A DNA stretch of 64,000 nucleotides, from positions 12,346 to 76,345 of the forward strand of contig CAZOHA010000003.1 in assembly GCA_964579515.1 (NCBI GenBank). Reading direction: 5' to 3'. The notes beneath the pieces are model-generated. The model did not search any database. It had not been told where the DNA came from and was given only the letters and a program-made list of their open reading frames with translations. The stretch comes from an uncultured Bacteroides sp. (lineage in GTDB: Bacteria > Bacteroidota > Bacteroidia > Bacteroidales > GCA-2748055). Positions 46,260 through 55,611 of this stretch are shown one piece after another. A program made the position numbers and the translations under genes. Every line of letters starts with the position of its first letter. Position 1 is the stretch's first letter.

Positions 46260-48187
46260 GGCAGTCTGATCAGCATCCGGGATTCGGCCACCCTTTCTCC
46301 CGAATCGAGGAACACTATATAAATGCCGGGGCCCATCGTCCGGCCGGAACGGTCTGTGCCGTCCCACTCGACCCGGAAGGCACCTGTTCCCGGATCGTTC
46401 AATGAAAACTGACGGATCTTCCTGCCGTGAATATCAGTGATGATCAGCCGTTCAGTTCCCGAAGTCCGGGCAGGGATCTGAATCTGCGTCGTGCGATGGA
46501 AAGGATTGGGAAAACAGTGCATCCCCTCTGCGGGTTCCGGGCGCGATACCGTCCCCACCCCTGGTTCACCGGTCTCTGCAGTGAGGAGGACCACATCATC
46601 ATAGATCCTCCTTTCCCACCCTTCGTAAACCGAATCGGCTTCATTGTAAAGCGGAAAGGCGCAGACAGGGGTCAGTTCGGCGGTCCATTTGCTCTCCTCG
46701 CCCGGAAAGATATTGACTTCCAGATGGCCATAATGCTTTCCACCGGCCTTCAATATCCCGTTTTCCCACTGCTCCGGTACATCCGTGTGGACCAGGAAGG
46801 CCCTGTTCGGGTTGTCCAGTCCCTCTTCCGGACCGCGAAGTCCGTCACCTGCAGTACCCACATCGTAAAAATGGAGGATGTGATCCTGCTGCGACCCTCC
46901 TGGAAGTATTTCCAATCCGGTCACCACCGACCGTTCCCACATCTCATCATGTCCCGAGAATACCGCATCGACCCCGTACTGCAGGAAAAGCGGGGTGAGG
47001 ACCCTTACCGGCACACCCGACTGGTTGTCCAGTGAATCTCCGATACCGGCCGGATACCCATGTGGTCCGCCGGAATAGGGGGCATGGTGGAACATCACAA
47101 AGGTAAAAAGGCTGTTTTGCTGAGCTTCCTTTAATTGATCCTCCAACCACTGATACTGAACGGATCCGGGAGCAAAATCGGGCGCATCCCCTCCCTCCCC
47201 GTCCGACTCGCCCAGTAAATAAAAGTTGGTGTCCTCTGTTGAGCCATTGATGCCGTTATTGCATACATCCAGTGAAATAATAGTGACCGGACCATAGGTG
47301 GTGGCATGGTACCTCCCCTGCTGGCGGGGATTAACGGCCTTGTTCGCAGGCAGATCGAAATAGGTCAGATACCGGTCCAGGGCCCTTTCCGATCCCGGCT
47401 GATGATACCGGTCCAGGAAGGTACCCTCATAATATTCATGATTTCCGGGAGAAGGCAGAATGGCAGCCTGCCCGGCAAGGCTTCCGGCTGCCACGGAATC
47501 GGTCAGGTGACGCCAGAATTCATCCCAGTCTCTCTGCTCCCCTCCGTGCTGGGTCAGATCACCGGCGATAAGCACCAGGTCGGGCTGCCGGGAGCTCATG
47601 ATTTCAATATTATTTCTGAAACCGGCAGTCTGGTCCAGCAGATATCGGCGGGCCACGGCACTTTCCGGATCGGGCCAGGAAGTGAAATTTCCGGTCGACT
47701 CGGGTTCGGTCTCTGAATCGGCAAAAACGATGATTCGGATGGGCTCCAGACCGGAAGGAGCAGTTTTGAATGCGGAGCGGAACTTCTGTTTTCCCTGGAC
47801 AGCCTCGTCCGTGCCCTGGATCACCTCATAGTGATAACGGGTTCCGGGTTGCAATCCCTCCAGCCTGATCCTGTGCCTGTATGGAGGTGGCGGGGCATTG
47901 CCATCGAAAAAAAGAGTGTCTTCCCATTCCGTATAGGCCAGGCCTGCGGCAGGTTCCGGATCGCTGTCAAGGGTACCCGTCACGGTAGAATCGGAGTTCC
48001 ACCAGCGGACCGTACCCTGTGCGGGATCTTCCGAGAACCAGAGAATGGTCATTGCTTCGGGGGCGGGATTCTGCATATAGGGCCAGACCCGGAATCCCTC
48101 CTGTCCCGCAACGATAGCCACCAGGAGCAGAGGCGGCAGGCTGCAGAACAACTTCCTGCCCCATCGGGTTATAACTCCGGTATTCAT
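46256..48187 (-). CDS. purple-acid-phosphatase-like metallophosphoesterase with T9SS C-terminal sorting domain
   Basis: Signal peptide and an FN3-like N-domain. Motifs GDLTQHG, PGNHEYY, MFHHAPY and FSGHDEMWER. C-terminal CFPNPFHRTTQIQI...ITDIHGRKIRQFSL...GIYIVFLDSGERVAESRMLIRLP is Por_Secre_tail-like. Confidence 0.85.
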   Translation of the reverse strand: MNTGVITRWGRKLFCSLPPLLLVAIVAGQEGFRVWPYMQNPAPEAMTILWFSEDPAQGTVRWWNSDSTVTGTLDSDPEPAAGLAYTEWEDTLFFDGNAPPPPYRHRIRLEGLQPGTRYHYEVIQGTDEAVQGKQKFRSAFKTAPSGLEPIRIIVFADSETEPESTGNFTSWPDPESAVARRYLLDQTAGFRNNIEIMSSRQPDLVLIAGDLTQHGGEQRDWDEFWRHLTDSVAAGSLAGQAAILPSPGNHEYYEGTFLDRYHQPGSERALDRYLTYFDLPANKAVNPRQQGRYHATTYGPVTIISLDVCNNGINGSTEDTNFYLLGESDGEGGDAPDFAPGSVQYQWLEDQLKEAQQNSLFTFVMFHHAPYSGGPHGYPAGIGDSLDNQSGVPVRVLTPLFLQYGVDAVFSGHDEMWERSVVTGLEILPGGSQQDHILHFYDVGTAGDGLRGPEEGLDNPNRAFLVHTDVPEQWENGILKAGGKHYGHLEVNIFPGEESKWTAELTPVCAFPLYNEADSVYEGWERRIYDDVVLLTAETGEPGVGTVSRPEPAEGMHCFPNPFHRTTQIQIPARTSGTERLIITDIHGRKIRQFSLNDPGTGAFRVEWDGTDRSGRTMGPGIYIVFLDSGERVAESRMLIRLP

Positions 48188-48253
48188 TGATCAGATATGG
48201 ATGTTTTTAATCTATGATTACCTTTAAAGATAGAGAACTAAAAATAATTCTGC

Positions 48254-49540
48254 ATGCAAGAATTGAAGAAGATTGAAACAAAAGAGTTGCTAAAACTGGC
48301 GGAACAGGCCGGTGCGACTTTGATCGACGTCAGACCGGCGGATGCCTACAACGGATGGATGCTGAAGGGAGAGCAGAGAGGAGGGCATATCCATGGCGCC
48401 AGGTCACTTCCCTCCAGATGGGCCGATTACATGGACTGGATCGAAGTAGTGAGGCATAAAGGGATCACCCCTGAACAGAAGATCGTGATTTACGGATACG
48501 ATGATAGTGAGAGCCGGAAAGTCGGAAAATTATTCGTCAGGGCCGGGTACCGGGATATCTCTCTGTATCTGAAATTCCTCGACGAATGGGTGCCCGGTCC
48601 GGATCTTCCCATGGAAAAGCTGGAACGGTACCGGACCCTGGTCCCTCCCTCCTGGGTGAAGGCGGTGGCGGAGGGGAAAACTCCCGAAGAGCATCCCGGA
48701 GGCCGGACCGTGATCTGTCATGCCCACTATCAGAACCGGGACGCTTACCTGTCAGGGCATATTCCGGGAGCCATTGACCTGGATACCAATGATATGGAGT
48801 CACCAGTCACATGGAATCGAAGGTCTCCTGAAGAGTTGAAGGCGACCCTTGAGTCTCATGGAATCACATCCGACAGTACCGTCGTTCTCTACGGGAAATT
48901 TATGGATCCCGACAATGAGGATGCCTTTCCGGGCAGTGCCGCCGGCCATATCGGTGCAATCCGGTGTGCATTTATCATGATGTACGCCGGAGTGAAAGAT
49001 GTCCGTATACTCAACGGAGGGTTCCGTGCGTGGAAAGATGCAGGTTACGAGATCAGCAAAACGGATGTGAAAAAGGTTCCGGTGGAGGAGTTTGGCGTAC
49101 CGATACCCGGACGGCCCCAACTGGCCGTCGATCTGCCCGAGGCCAAACACATGCTCCGGTTGGCCGGTGCAGAACTGGTCTGTGTCAGAAGCTATCCGGA
49201 ATATACCGGTGAGGTGAGCGGTTATCATTACATCGAGGCCAGGGGGCGAATCCCTGGTGCGATTTTTGCCGACTGTGGAAGTGATGCCTATCACATGGAG
49301 AACTACCGGAATGTGGATCACACCATCCGGGAATTTCATGAAACTGCCCGGATATGGGAGGAGTCGGGTATCACACCCCGTAAACAACTGGCTTTCTACT
49401 GCGGAACAGGCTGGCGGGGAAGCGAAGCATGGCTGAATGCATGGCTCATGGGCTGGCAAAAAGTCTCTGTATTTGACGGGGGTTGGTTTGAGTGGAGCAA
49501 CGATCCCGACAATCCTTTCGAAACCGGTCCCCCGACCTAA
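48254..49540 (+). CDS. cytoplasmic multi-domain rhodanese sulfurtransferase
   Basis: Three rhodanese-like modules. Only the last carries an active-site loop (FYCGTGWRGSEAW). No signal peptide. Confidence 0.8.
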   Translation: MQELKKIETKELLKLAEQAGATLIDVRPADAYNGWMLKGEQRGGHIHGARSLPSRWADYMDWIEVVRHKGITPEQKIVIYGYDDSESRKVGKLFVRAGYRDISLYLKFLDEWVPGPDLPMEKLERYRTLVPPSWVKAVAEGKTPEEHPGGRTVICHAHYQNRDAYLSGHIPGAIDLDTNDMESPVTWNRRSPEELKATLESHGITSDSTVVLYGKFMDPDNEDAFPGSAAGHIGAIRCAFIMMYAGVKDVRILNGGFRAWKDAGYEISKTDVKKVPVEEFGVPIPGRPQLAVDLPEAKHMLRLAGAELVCVRSYPEYTGEVSGYHYIEARGRIPGAIFADCGSDAYHMENYRNVDHTIREFHETARIWEESGITPRKQLAFYCGTGWRGSEAWLNAWLMGWQKVSVFDGGWFEWSNDPDNPFETGPPT

Positions 49541-49564
49541 AAAGTCTAATGCGGATGGTTATCA

Positions 49565-50749
49565 ATGAATCTACTCCCCTTCATATATAACCGGTCTTTA
49601 TTGAGGTTGATCCTTCTGCTTTTAGTATTGGGGAATTCAGCCGGATGCCGCAAGGCGGGATTCGACCAGATCGAGCCCGTGGTGGATCGTGACCTGGTTA
49701 CTTTCCAGGGTACAGGGATTCCCGAAGAACTGGATCAGGTGGTTGAAAAATACCGGATCCTGATTCTGGGAAAACCCAATTTTGTTCAGGAACACCACGA
49801 TTTTAACCAGCTGCTGCTGGAAAAATATGGCCGGGAGGGTTTGCTCTTCTTCAATGAATATCCCAATGCCCTCAACTGGATGGTGGAGGATTACGTGACC
49901 GGGGCCATCGACTACCTACCCACCAGCGTCAGGCAGTTGAATGATGACTGGCTGGAAAAGATCAGGGATCTGAACGGGAAATGGGAAGGCACCCCTCCGC
50001 TGAAGTTCATCTTTAACGACGTGAACCATTCAAAATATGATTTTCAGAACTCATTGAAGGAGGCCGAACGCTTGCTGGGGGCCCAGAAGGTTTTCACCAG
50101 CATCCGTATCATGAAACCCGAAACTGATATATATGCCAGAGAGCTTGAGGATCTGCTCGGTCAGTTTCAGCAGGAACGGGAGAGCTATGTGGATCTCTGG
50201 GGGCCATTATGGTATGACCGCTTTACCCGCATGATCGAACATGAGATCGAGAGCAACCGATACAGGACCGGCGGGGATGAAGATGTCAGAGAACAGCTCA
50301 TGGTAAGTATTGTGGAAACCTTCCTGAACGAGAATCCCGGATACAGGGCATTTATCAACAGTGGAATGAACCATGCGCAGAAGGAGGCCCACATGGGTCC
50401 GGAGATCAAAAGGCTGGGCGGATATCTTCAGGAGATCTATCCGGGAGAGCTCTTTTCCATTGCCTTTATAGGGATCTCTGGTCAACGGAAATACCGTTTC
50501 GAGGATGTGGAGCTGGTGGAATTCAATATCCTGGAATCGGCCGGCAGGGATGACCTTACAAAGATCGTCGGGGAGAAGGCAGGGAGAATGATGTCGCTCC
50601 TTCCCCTTCAGGATCCTGTCTTTAGCAAGAAAATGAATATCACCTACACTTCCGGAACCATCTTTGCTCCCCCGGCCGGTCAGTTCGATGCCCTGGTAAC
50701 CTATCCGGAGATCAGCATACTGGAGAGCCTGGATGAATTCAAATACTGA
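49565..50749 (+). CDS. hypothetical lipoprotein
   Basis: Lipobox GNSAGC. No confident family. It has a faint resemblance to EreA/ChaN/Tiki-type folds. Confidence 0.45.
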   Translation: MNLLPFIYNRSLLRLILLLLVLGNSAGCRKAGFDQIEPVVDRDLVTFQGTGIPEELDQVVEKYRILILGKPNFVQEHHDFNQLLLEKYGREGLLFFNEYPNALNWMVEDYVTGAIDYLPTSVRQLNDDWLEKIRDLNGKWEGTPPLKFIFNDVNHSKYDFQNSLKEAERLLGAQKVFTSIRIMKPETDIYARELEDLLGQFQQERESYVDLWGPLWYDRFTRMIEHEIESNRYRTGGDEDVREQLMVSIVETFLNENPGYRAFINSGMNHAQKEAHMGPEIKRLGGYLQEIYPGELFSIAFIGISGQRKYRFEDVELVEFNILESAGRDDLTKIVGEKAGRMMSLLPLQDPVFSKKMNITYTSGTIFAPPAGQFDALVTYPEISILESLDEFKY

Positions 50750-50764
50750 GGCGGGTAAGTTCAG

Positions 50765-52426
50765 ATGATATTCCTATTCAGACGATATTCCTATATTGCG
50801 GGGACATCAAATCCTCGCATTATGAAGATCAGGAATATGCTACTGCCTCCCGGCAACGAGACCGCATCACGCATGCAGGCGACTATTTTTGCCCTCATCT
50901 TTCTTTTCCTTCCGGTCCATTCTCAGATCAGCAGTTCAGTTATCGATGATCTCGCAGAAGATGCCCTGGAGAAATTCGTGGTGGCAGGAGCATCCGTCGG
51001 TGTGGTCAAGGACGGGGTCATCGTTCACTGCAAAGGTTACGGGGTCAGATCGGTGGAAACAGGGAAAGAAGTGGACCGGCATACCAGTTTCGCCATCGCA
51101 TCCAACAGCAAGGCATTCACCACCACCGCGCTGGCACTGCTTGTGGAGGAGGGAAAACTTAAATGGGAAGACCGGGTAGTGGATCATATCCCCGAGTTCA
51201 GGATGTACGATGAATATGTCACCCAGCATTTCAATATCCGGGACCTGCTGACACACAGGAGCGGATTGGGACTTGGGGCCGGAGACCTGCAGAAATGGCC
51301 CTCGGGATCGGATTTTACCATCGAGGATATGCTGGTCAATTTTCAGCATTTTGAACCGGTATCGGCCTTCAGGACTCAGTACGATTATGATAATATCCTT
51401 TACCTGGTGGCAGGTGAGCTGATCAAAAGGATCAGCGGGCAAAGCTGGGAAGAATTCGTCAGGGACCGTGTCTTTGAACCGCTTGGGATGGACCATTCGT
51501 TCACTCTGCCCCCGGGGATGGTCACCTCCGAAAACCTGGCAGCTCCTCACCTGGCGGAAGACGGAGAGCTCAGGACCATCCCCTATTATGAACTGGATCC
51601 GGAAAAGATCAATGGCGCCGCAGGAGGTGTGCTTTCCAACGTGGATGATCTCTGCCTGTGGATGCTCCTCCATCTGAACGGAGGAAAATACGGAGATGGT
51701 CTGGACCAACAACTTTTCTCCACGGAAAGTCATAATCAGATGTGGCGGATCCATACCCCCATGGATGTGAGGCCGGTTCCCGGGTATACCACTCACTTCA
51801 GCGGATATGGCCTGGGCTGGCGCCTGAACGACCTGAATGGAAAGCTTTGTGTCTCCCACACCGGCGATCTTTCCGGCATGCTTTCGAAAACCATTCTGAT
51901 CCCCGATCTGCAACTGGGTGTAGTGGTCCTCACCAACTCATACTACGGAGGGGCCGGGTTCTTCCAGGCGGTCTCACAAACCATTGTAGACAGTTATATG
52001 GGACTGGAGGACTACAACTGGACCGACCGGCTGCTGGAGCGATACTCCAGACGTAACCAGGAATCGACAGGAATTGTGAAGGAGGTCTGGGAAACCGTTG
52101 AGAATGGCTCGCACGGACATGTGGATATCGACCACTATCTGGGAACGTATGAAGATCCCTGGTTTGGCAGGGTGGATGTGGAGCTCAGGGATGGACAGCC
52201 CTGGTTCTCCTCCCGTCGCTCCCCTAAACTGACCGGCCCCATGTACCATTACAAAGCCAATGCATTTGCGATCAAATGGAAACACCGGGAACTGGATGCC
52301 GATGCATTTGCCATTTTCCGGCTGGATGAAGATGGCCGGGCCTGCGGGCTGACCATGAAAGGGATCTCGCCCGATATCGATTTCAGTTATGATTTCCAGG
52401 ACCTGGAATTCTCCCGTGTGGAATGA
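50765..52426 (+). CDS. serine hydrolase of the class-C beta-lactamase/PBP family with C-terminal lipocalin-like extension
   Basis: SxxK (ASNSKAF), YxN (YDYDNILY) and HTG (SHTGD). The likely true start is at 50822 or 50873 (signal MQATIFALIFLFLPVHSQ). Confidence 0.8.
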   Translation: MIFLFRRYSYIAGTSNPRIMKIRNMLLPPGNETASRMQATIFALIFLFLPVHSQISSSVIDDLAEDALEKFVVAGASVGVVKDGVIVHCKGYGVRSVETGKEVDRHTSFAIASNSKAFTTTALALLVEEGKLKWEDRVVDHIPEFRMYDEYVTQHFNIRDLLTHRSGLGLGAGDLQKWPSGSDFTIEDMLVNFQHFEPVSAFRTQYDYDNILYLVAGELIKRISGQSWEEFVRDRVFEPLGMDHSFTLPPGMVTSENLAAPHLAEDGELRTIPYYELDPEKINGAAGGVLSNVDDLCLWMLLHLNGGKYGDGLDQQLFSTESHNQMWRIHTPMDVRPVPGYTTHFSGYGLGWRLNDLNGKLCVSHTGDLSGMLSKTILIPDLQLGVVVLTNSYYGGAGFFQAVSQTIVDSYMGLEDYNWTDRLLERYSRRNQESTGIVKEVWETVENGSHGHVDIDHYLGTYEDPWFGRVDVELRDGQPWFSSRRSPKLTGPMYHYKANAFAIKWKHRELDADAFAIFRLDEDGRACGLTMKGISPDIDFSYDFQDLEFSRVE

Positions 52427-52500
52427 CCGGTTATCCTGAAATGCGAATGACCGGTCATTCTGAAGTGCGAGTGCCCGAATATTCTGGGGTGCGAAAGATG
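52421..52500 (+). repeat. 24-bp tandem repeat, 3 full copies plus a partial one
   Basis: GAATGACCGGTTATCCTGAAATGC / GAATGACCGGTCATTCTGAAGTGC / GAGTGCCCGAATATTCTGGGGTGC. Copies 1 and 2 share 21/24 positions; copies 2 and 3 share 17/24. Copy 1 contains the stop codon of 50765-52426. Confidence 0.7.
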
Positions 52501-52509
52501 GATCCCTGA

Positions 52510-53208
52510 TCAGCCGGTCAGGGAGATTTTTTCCAGACGGTCCGGGGCAAGTACCTCTATGAACCTGCCATCCAGCCTTATGATCTGATCCCTTTCGAAC
52601 TCCTTGAGGATCCTTATGGCACTGTCCTTCGACATACTGGTATAGTCGGCAACATCCTGCCTGGATATCTCACCGCTGATGGTGGGCGATTCAAAGACCT
52701 CCCCGGAAAGAAAAATAAGAGCGTCGGCTATCCTCCCGTGCATCTGTTTCTGGGATAAGCTGACCATCCGGTCCAGAGACCTGCCGTAACTGGCACTGCA
52801 GAACTGGATATAAGCGTTTGAAAAACCACTGTTCATGGAGAGGACCTTCTTGAAATTCTCCGCATCGATAAAACACACCAGGGTTTCCCTGATGGCCACC
52901 AGAGTGAAATTGTATTTCCCATTCATGTGCACCCCGGGCGCGCCAACCAGATGCCAGGGTTTTACGAAATCCAGTACCAGGTTGCGGTCATGATGCCCCT
53001 CAATATACTGCTTGGTAAATCCTTCGACCACCGATACCAGATACTTGGCCTGGGTACCCTGCTTCAGGATGACCTCTCCCTCACGGAACCAGACCGAATA
53101 TCTGTCCATATTCAGCAGACGAAGCTCCTCCATGCTCAGATCGCTGAAAAGGGGTGACCGTCGATTGCACTGATCACAACCCACACAGAGTTTTCCATGA
53201 TTCTCCAT
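52510..53208 (-). CDS. Crp/Fnr-family regulator with N-terminal Cys cluster (FNR-like)
   Basis: MENHGKLCVGCDQCNRRSPLF (C-x2-C-x2-C), a cNMP-like beta-roll and a C-terminal HTH (SRQDVADYTSMSKDSAIRILKEFERDQII). Paralog of 59751-60446. Confidence 0.8.
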   Translation of the reverse strand: MENHGKLCVGCDQCNRRSPLFSDLSMEELRLLNMDRYSVWFREGEVILKQGTQAKYLVSVVEGFTKQYIEGHHDRNLVLDFVKPWHLVGAPGVHMNGKYNFTLVAIRETLVCFIDAENFKKVLSMNSGFSNAYIQFCSASYGRSLDRMVSLSQKQMHGRIADALIFLSGEVFESPTISGEISRQDVADYTSMSKDSAIRILKEFERDQIIRLDGRFIEVLAPDRLEKISLTG

Positions 53209-53259
53209 ACTTTATTCCACTGCTAACAGTCGGAACAGGCAAGTTACAAAAAAGAAACA

Positions 53260-53273
53260 TTGATCTGGATCAA
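53260..53273. promoter_or_regulatory. perfect FNR/CRP-type palindrome TTGAT-N4-ATCAA
   Basis: TTGATCTGGATCAA sits in the divergent intergenic region, 52 nt from the regulator start (53208) and 131 nt from the cytochrome operon start (53404). Confidence 0.65.
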
Positions 53274-53403
53274 CCATATTTCTGATCTATCTCTATTAAA
53301 AAGACATTAAATATCGATGTGAATTACTTCACAGCAAATTCCGGAACTTCTACCTTTATCGGGATTAAAGGCAGATCTGCCTTAGCTATAAATATGCAGA
53401 TAT

Positions 53404-53763
53404 ATGAGAAGAGAGATTCTATTTCTGGCGGGGTTTCTGTTGCTGGTCGTTGCTGGTTGTACCAAATATGAAATCCCGGCACCGGAGCTTCCCGAAGGGA
53501 TCCCGGCGGATGTCAGTTATTCCGCTGATGTGCAGCCCATCTTTGACGCCAAATGCGTCTCCTGCCACGGCGGAGCAACCAGCCCCGATCTGACCCGGGA
53601 CTGGTCTTATGATGAATTGATCGACGGGGATTATGTAAATACCGATGATCCCCTGGAAAGCCCCCTTTACCAGATCTTCCTTGGCACACATGACGGACGT
53701 GCCACAGAGGAAGAAGTATTAACTATTCTCGGCTGGATTGTGGAGGGAGCCGAAGATAACTGA
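53404..53763 (+). CDS. small monoheme c-type cytochrome lipoprotein
   Basis: Lipobox VVAGC. A single CxxCH in VQPIFDAKCVSCHGG (PSCyt1-like context). 119 aa. Confidence 0.7.
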   Translation: MRREILFLAGFLLLVVAGCTKYEIPAPELPEGIPADVSYSADVQPIFDAKCVSCHGGATSPDLTRDWSYDELIDGDYVNTDDPLESPLYQIFLGTHDGRATEEEVLTILGWIVEGAEDN

Positions 53764-53780
53764 AAACAAAACCTATAGCT

Positions 53781-54629
53781 ATGAAAAGAGATATCCAGAT
53801 TGCCCTGTTTGTTTTTCTCGCCCTTCTGATAATACCGGGTGCGGTCATGGCCCAGGATGAGCAGGAAGAGGACCCGCCCATCCGCAGACCCTTTGAGACC
53901 GTCACACTGATCGATAACCACACTACGGTGAATCCCTTCAAGGGCTCCTTCGTGCTGGATATTCAGCATCGCTTTTCCCAGATCAGTGAATTTGCGGACC
54001 TTTTTGGAATCTATGGTTCTGCCAACACCAGACTGGGCTTGTCCTACGGGATCTCTGACCGGATCATGGCCGGCTTCGGCACCACCAGGGATTATATGAT
54101 GCAGGATCTTGAGTGGAAGGTCTCTCTGCTGAAACAGACCAGAAGCGGAAGGATTCCCGTTGGTTTATCCTATCATGGAAATGTGGTGCTGGACGCACGT
54201 GACAATAAATTCTTCGGTCCCGAAGAAGATTACAACTTCCTCTACCGCTTTTCCTACCTGAACCAGGTGATCATCTCAAGAAATTTCGGAGGCATCGCCA
54301 GTTTCCTGCTTGCACCAACCTTTGTCTATTACAATGCGGTCCCTGAAGGATACAGGAACACCAATGCTTCCATCTTTTTTGGAGGCCGGCTGATGGTACT
54401 GGGTTTCAACTCTATTATTTTCGAATATGATCAGCCATTGCTGAAAGCCGATGAGGAGGTTTATCCGAACGTGGCCCTCGGGGTGGAGATCGGGACCAGC
54501 ACCCACGCTTTCCGGGTCTTCGTGTCCAACTACAACGCCATTATCCGTAACAGGAGTATCGCATTTAACAACAATAATCCACTGGATGGGGATTTTCAGT
54601 TCGGATTCAATATTGCCATCAGATTCTGA
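53781..54629 (+). CDS. small outer-membrane beta-barrel protein (DUF5777-like?)
   Basis: Signal peptide (GAVMAQ), alternating amphipathic strands and a C-terminal FGFNIAIRF. It starts 17 nt after the monoheme gene. Confidence 0.55.
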   Translation: MKRDIQIALFVFLALLIIPGAVMAQDEQEEDPPIRRPFETVTLIDNHTTVNPFKGSFVLDIQHRFSQISEFADLFGIYGSANTRLGLSYGISDRIMAGFGTTRDYMMQDLEWKVSLLKQTRSGRIPVGLSYHGNVVLDARDNKFFGPEEDYNFLYRFSYLNQVIISRNFGGIASFLLAPTFVYYNAVPEGYRNTNASIFFGGRLMVLGFNSIIFEYDQPLLKADEEVYPNVALGVEIGTSTHAFRVFVSNYNAIIRNRSIAFNNNNPLDGDFQFGFNIAIRF

Positions 54630-54633
54630 TCAT

Positions 54634-55611
54634 ATGAAAAGAATTATCGGACCTGTCATTCTGCTGTTCCTGATTCCGGTCATCGCGCTGGTGGCACAGG
54701 AAGAGGATATCTCTCAATTAAAGCCTGAGTATTATGAGGTGAATGAATTTGTCGATGAGAATGAAGCCTGTTTCCAATGCCACGGAGAGTTGAAATATAC
54801 CCTTGAGGATACTCTGTTCGGCCGGACCGTTACCAAGCCCATGTATCCGGAGCTTATCATAAACCGCGATGCATACTATGAGAATGTTCACAAGTCCTTT
54901 ATGTGCCTCGATTGCCACGCCTATGAATATGAAGAGTTCCCCCATCCGCTGGAGGCCAAGCTGGAGGAGCACTACACCTGTATCGATTGTCACGGATACG
55001 ATGAAGCATTTGCCGAGTACCAGTTTGAGGCGATCCAGGTACAATTCGAAGAAAGTATCCACCATATTGATGAATTCACCTGCTGGAAATGTCACGATCC
55101 CCATACCTACCAGCTCTCTATCAGGACTGCCGAAAACCTGGGAGAGGCGATTCGTTACAATAACAGCATGTGCCTGAGCTGTCATGGCGATTACAACAAT
55201 TTCATGCTTCTGTCCGACAGGGAAGAGGTGAATATTCTGGAGGAACACGACTGGCTCCCCAACCAGCTGGCCCACTTCCAGTCGGTGCGCTGTATCGAAT
55301 GTCATACCGAGATAAACGATACTGTATTAGTGGCACATAAGATCCTTCCGAGAGATCAGGCCGTGGAAAGGTGTACCGAATGTCACTCCAGAGATTCACG
55401 GCTGATGCATTCATTGTATAAGTTCCAGGTGAAAGAAGACCGCAAGGCAGGATTTGTGAACGGGGTGATCATCAACGATACTTTTGTGATTGGTGCCACC
55501 CGTCATCTTTTACTGGACAGAATCAGCCTGGCTGTCTTTGTCCTTGCTTTGTTTGTCATCCTCTTTCACACCATCCTCAGGATCAGAAAATCAAAAGCGA
55601 AATCGTCATGA
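54634..55611 (+). CDS. heptaheme c-type cytochrome with C-terminal membrane anchor
   Basis: The track ORF starts at 54451, but the signal peptide begins at ATG 54634 (MKRIIGPVILLFLIPVIALVAQ). Seven CxxCH motifs (CFQCH, CLDCH, CIDCH, CWKCH, CLSCH, CIECH, CTECH). C-terminal TM LAVFVLALFVILFHTIL. Confidence 0.85.
   Translation: MKRIIGPVILLFLIPVIALVAQEEDISQLKPEYYEVNEFVDENEACFQCHGELKYTLEDTLFGRTVTKPMYPELIINRDAYYENVHKSFMCLDCHAYEYEEFPHPLEAKLEEHYTCIDCHGYDEAFAEYQFEAIQVQFEESIHHIDEFTCWKCHDPHTYQLSIRTAENLGEAIRYNNSMCLSCHGDYNNFMLLSDREEVNILEEHDWLPNQLAHFQSVRCIECHTEINDTVLVAHKILPRDQAVERCTECHSRDSRLMHSLYKFQVKEDRKAGFVNGVIINDTFVIGATRHLLLDRISLAVFVLALFVILFHTILRIRKSKAKSS

Noticed and set aside
50936-51913. 325-aa - strand ORF inside the serine-hydrolase gene
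   Set aside because: The + strand has SxxK/YxN/HTG motifs. This ORF is an antisense shadow.
52421-52500. The tandem 24-bp repeats as a CRISPR array
   Set aside because: The copies are directly adjacent with no spacers, they are degenerate, and no cas genes are present in the window.
54451-54633. Upstream extension of the heptaheme ORF
   Set aside because: It overlaps the 3' end of the beta-barrel gene. A proper signal peptide begins at ATG 54634.
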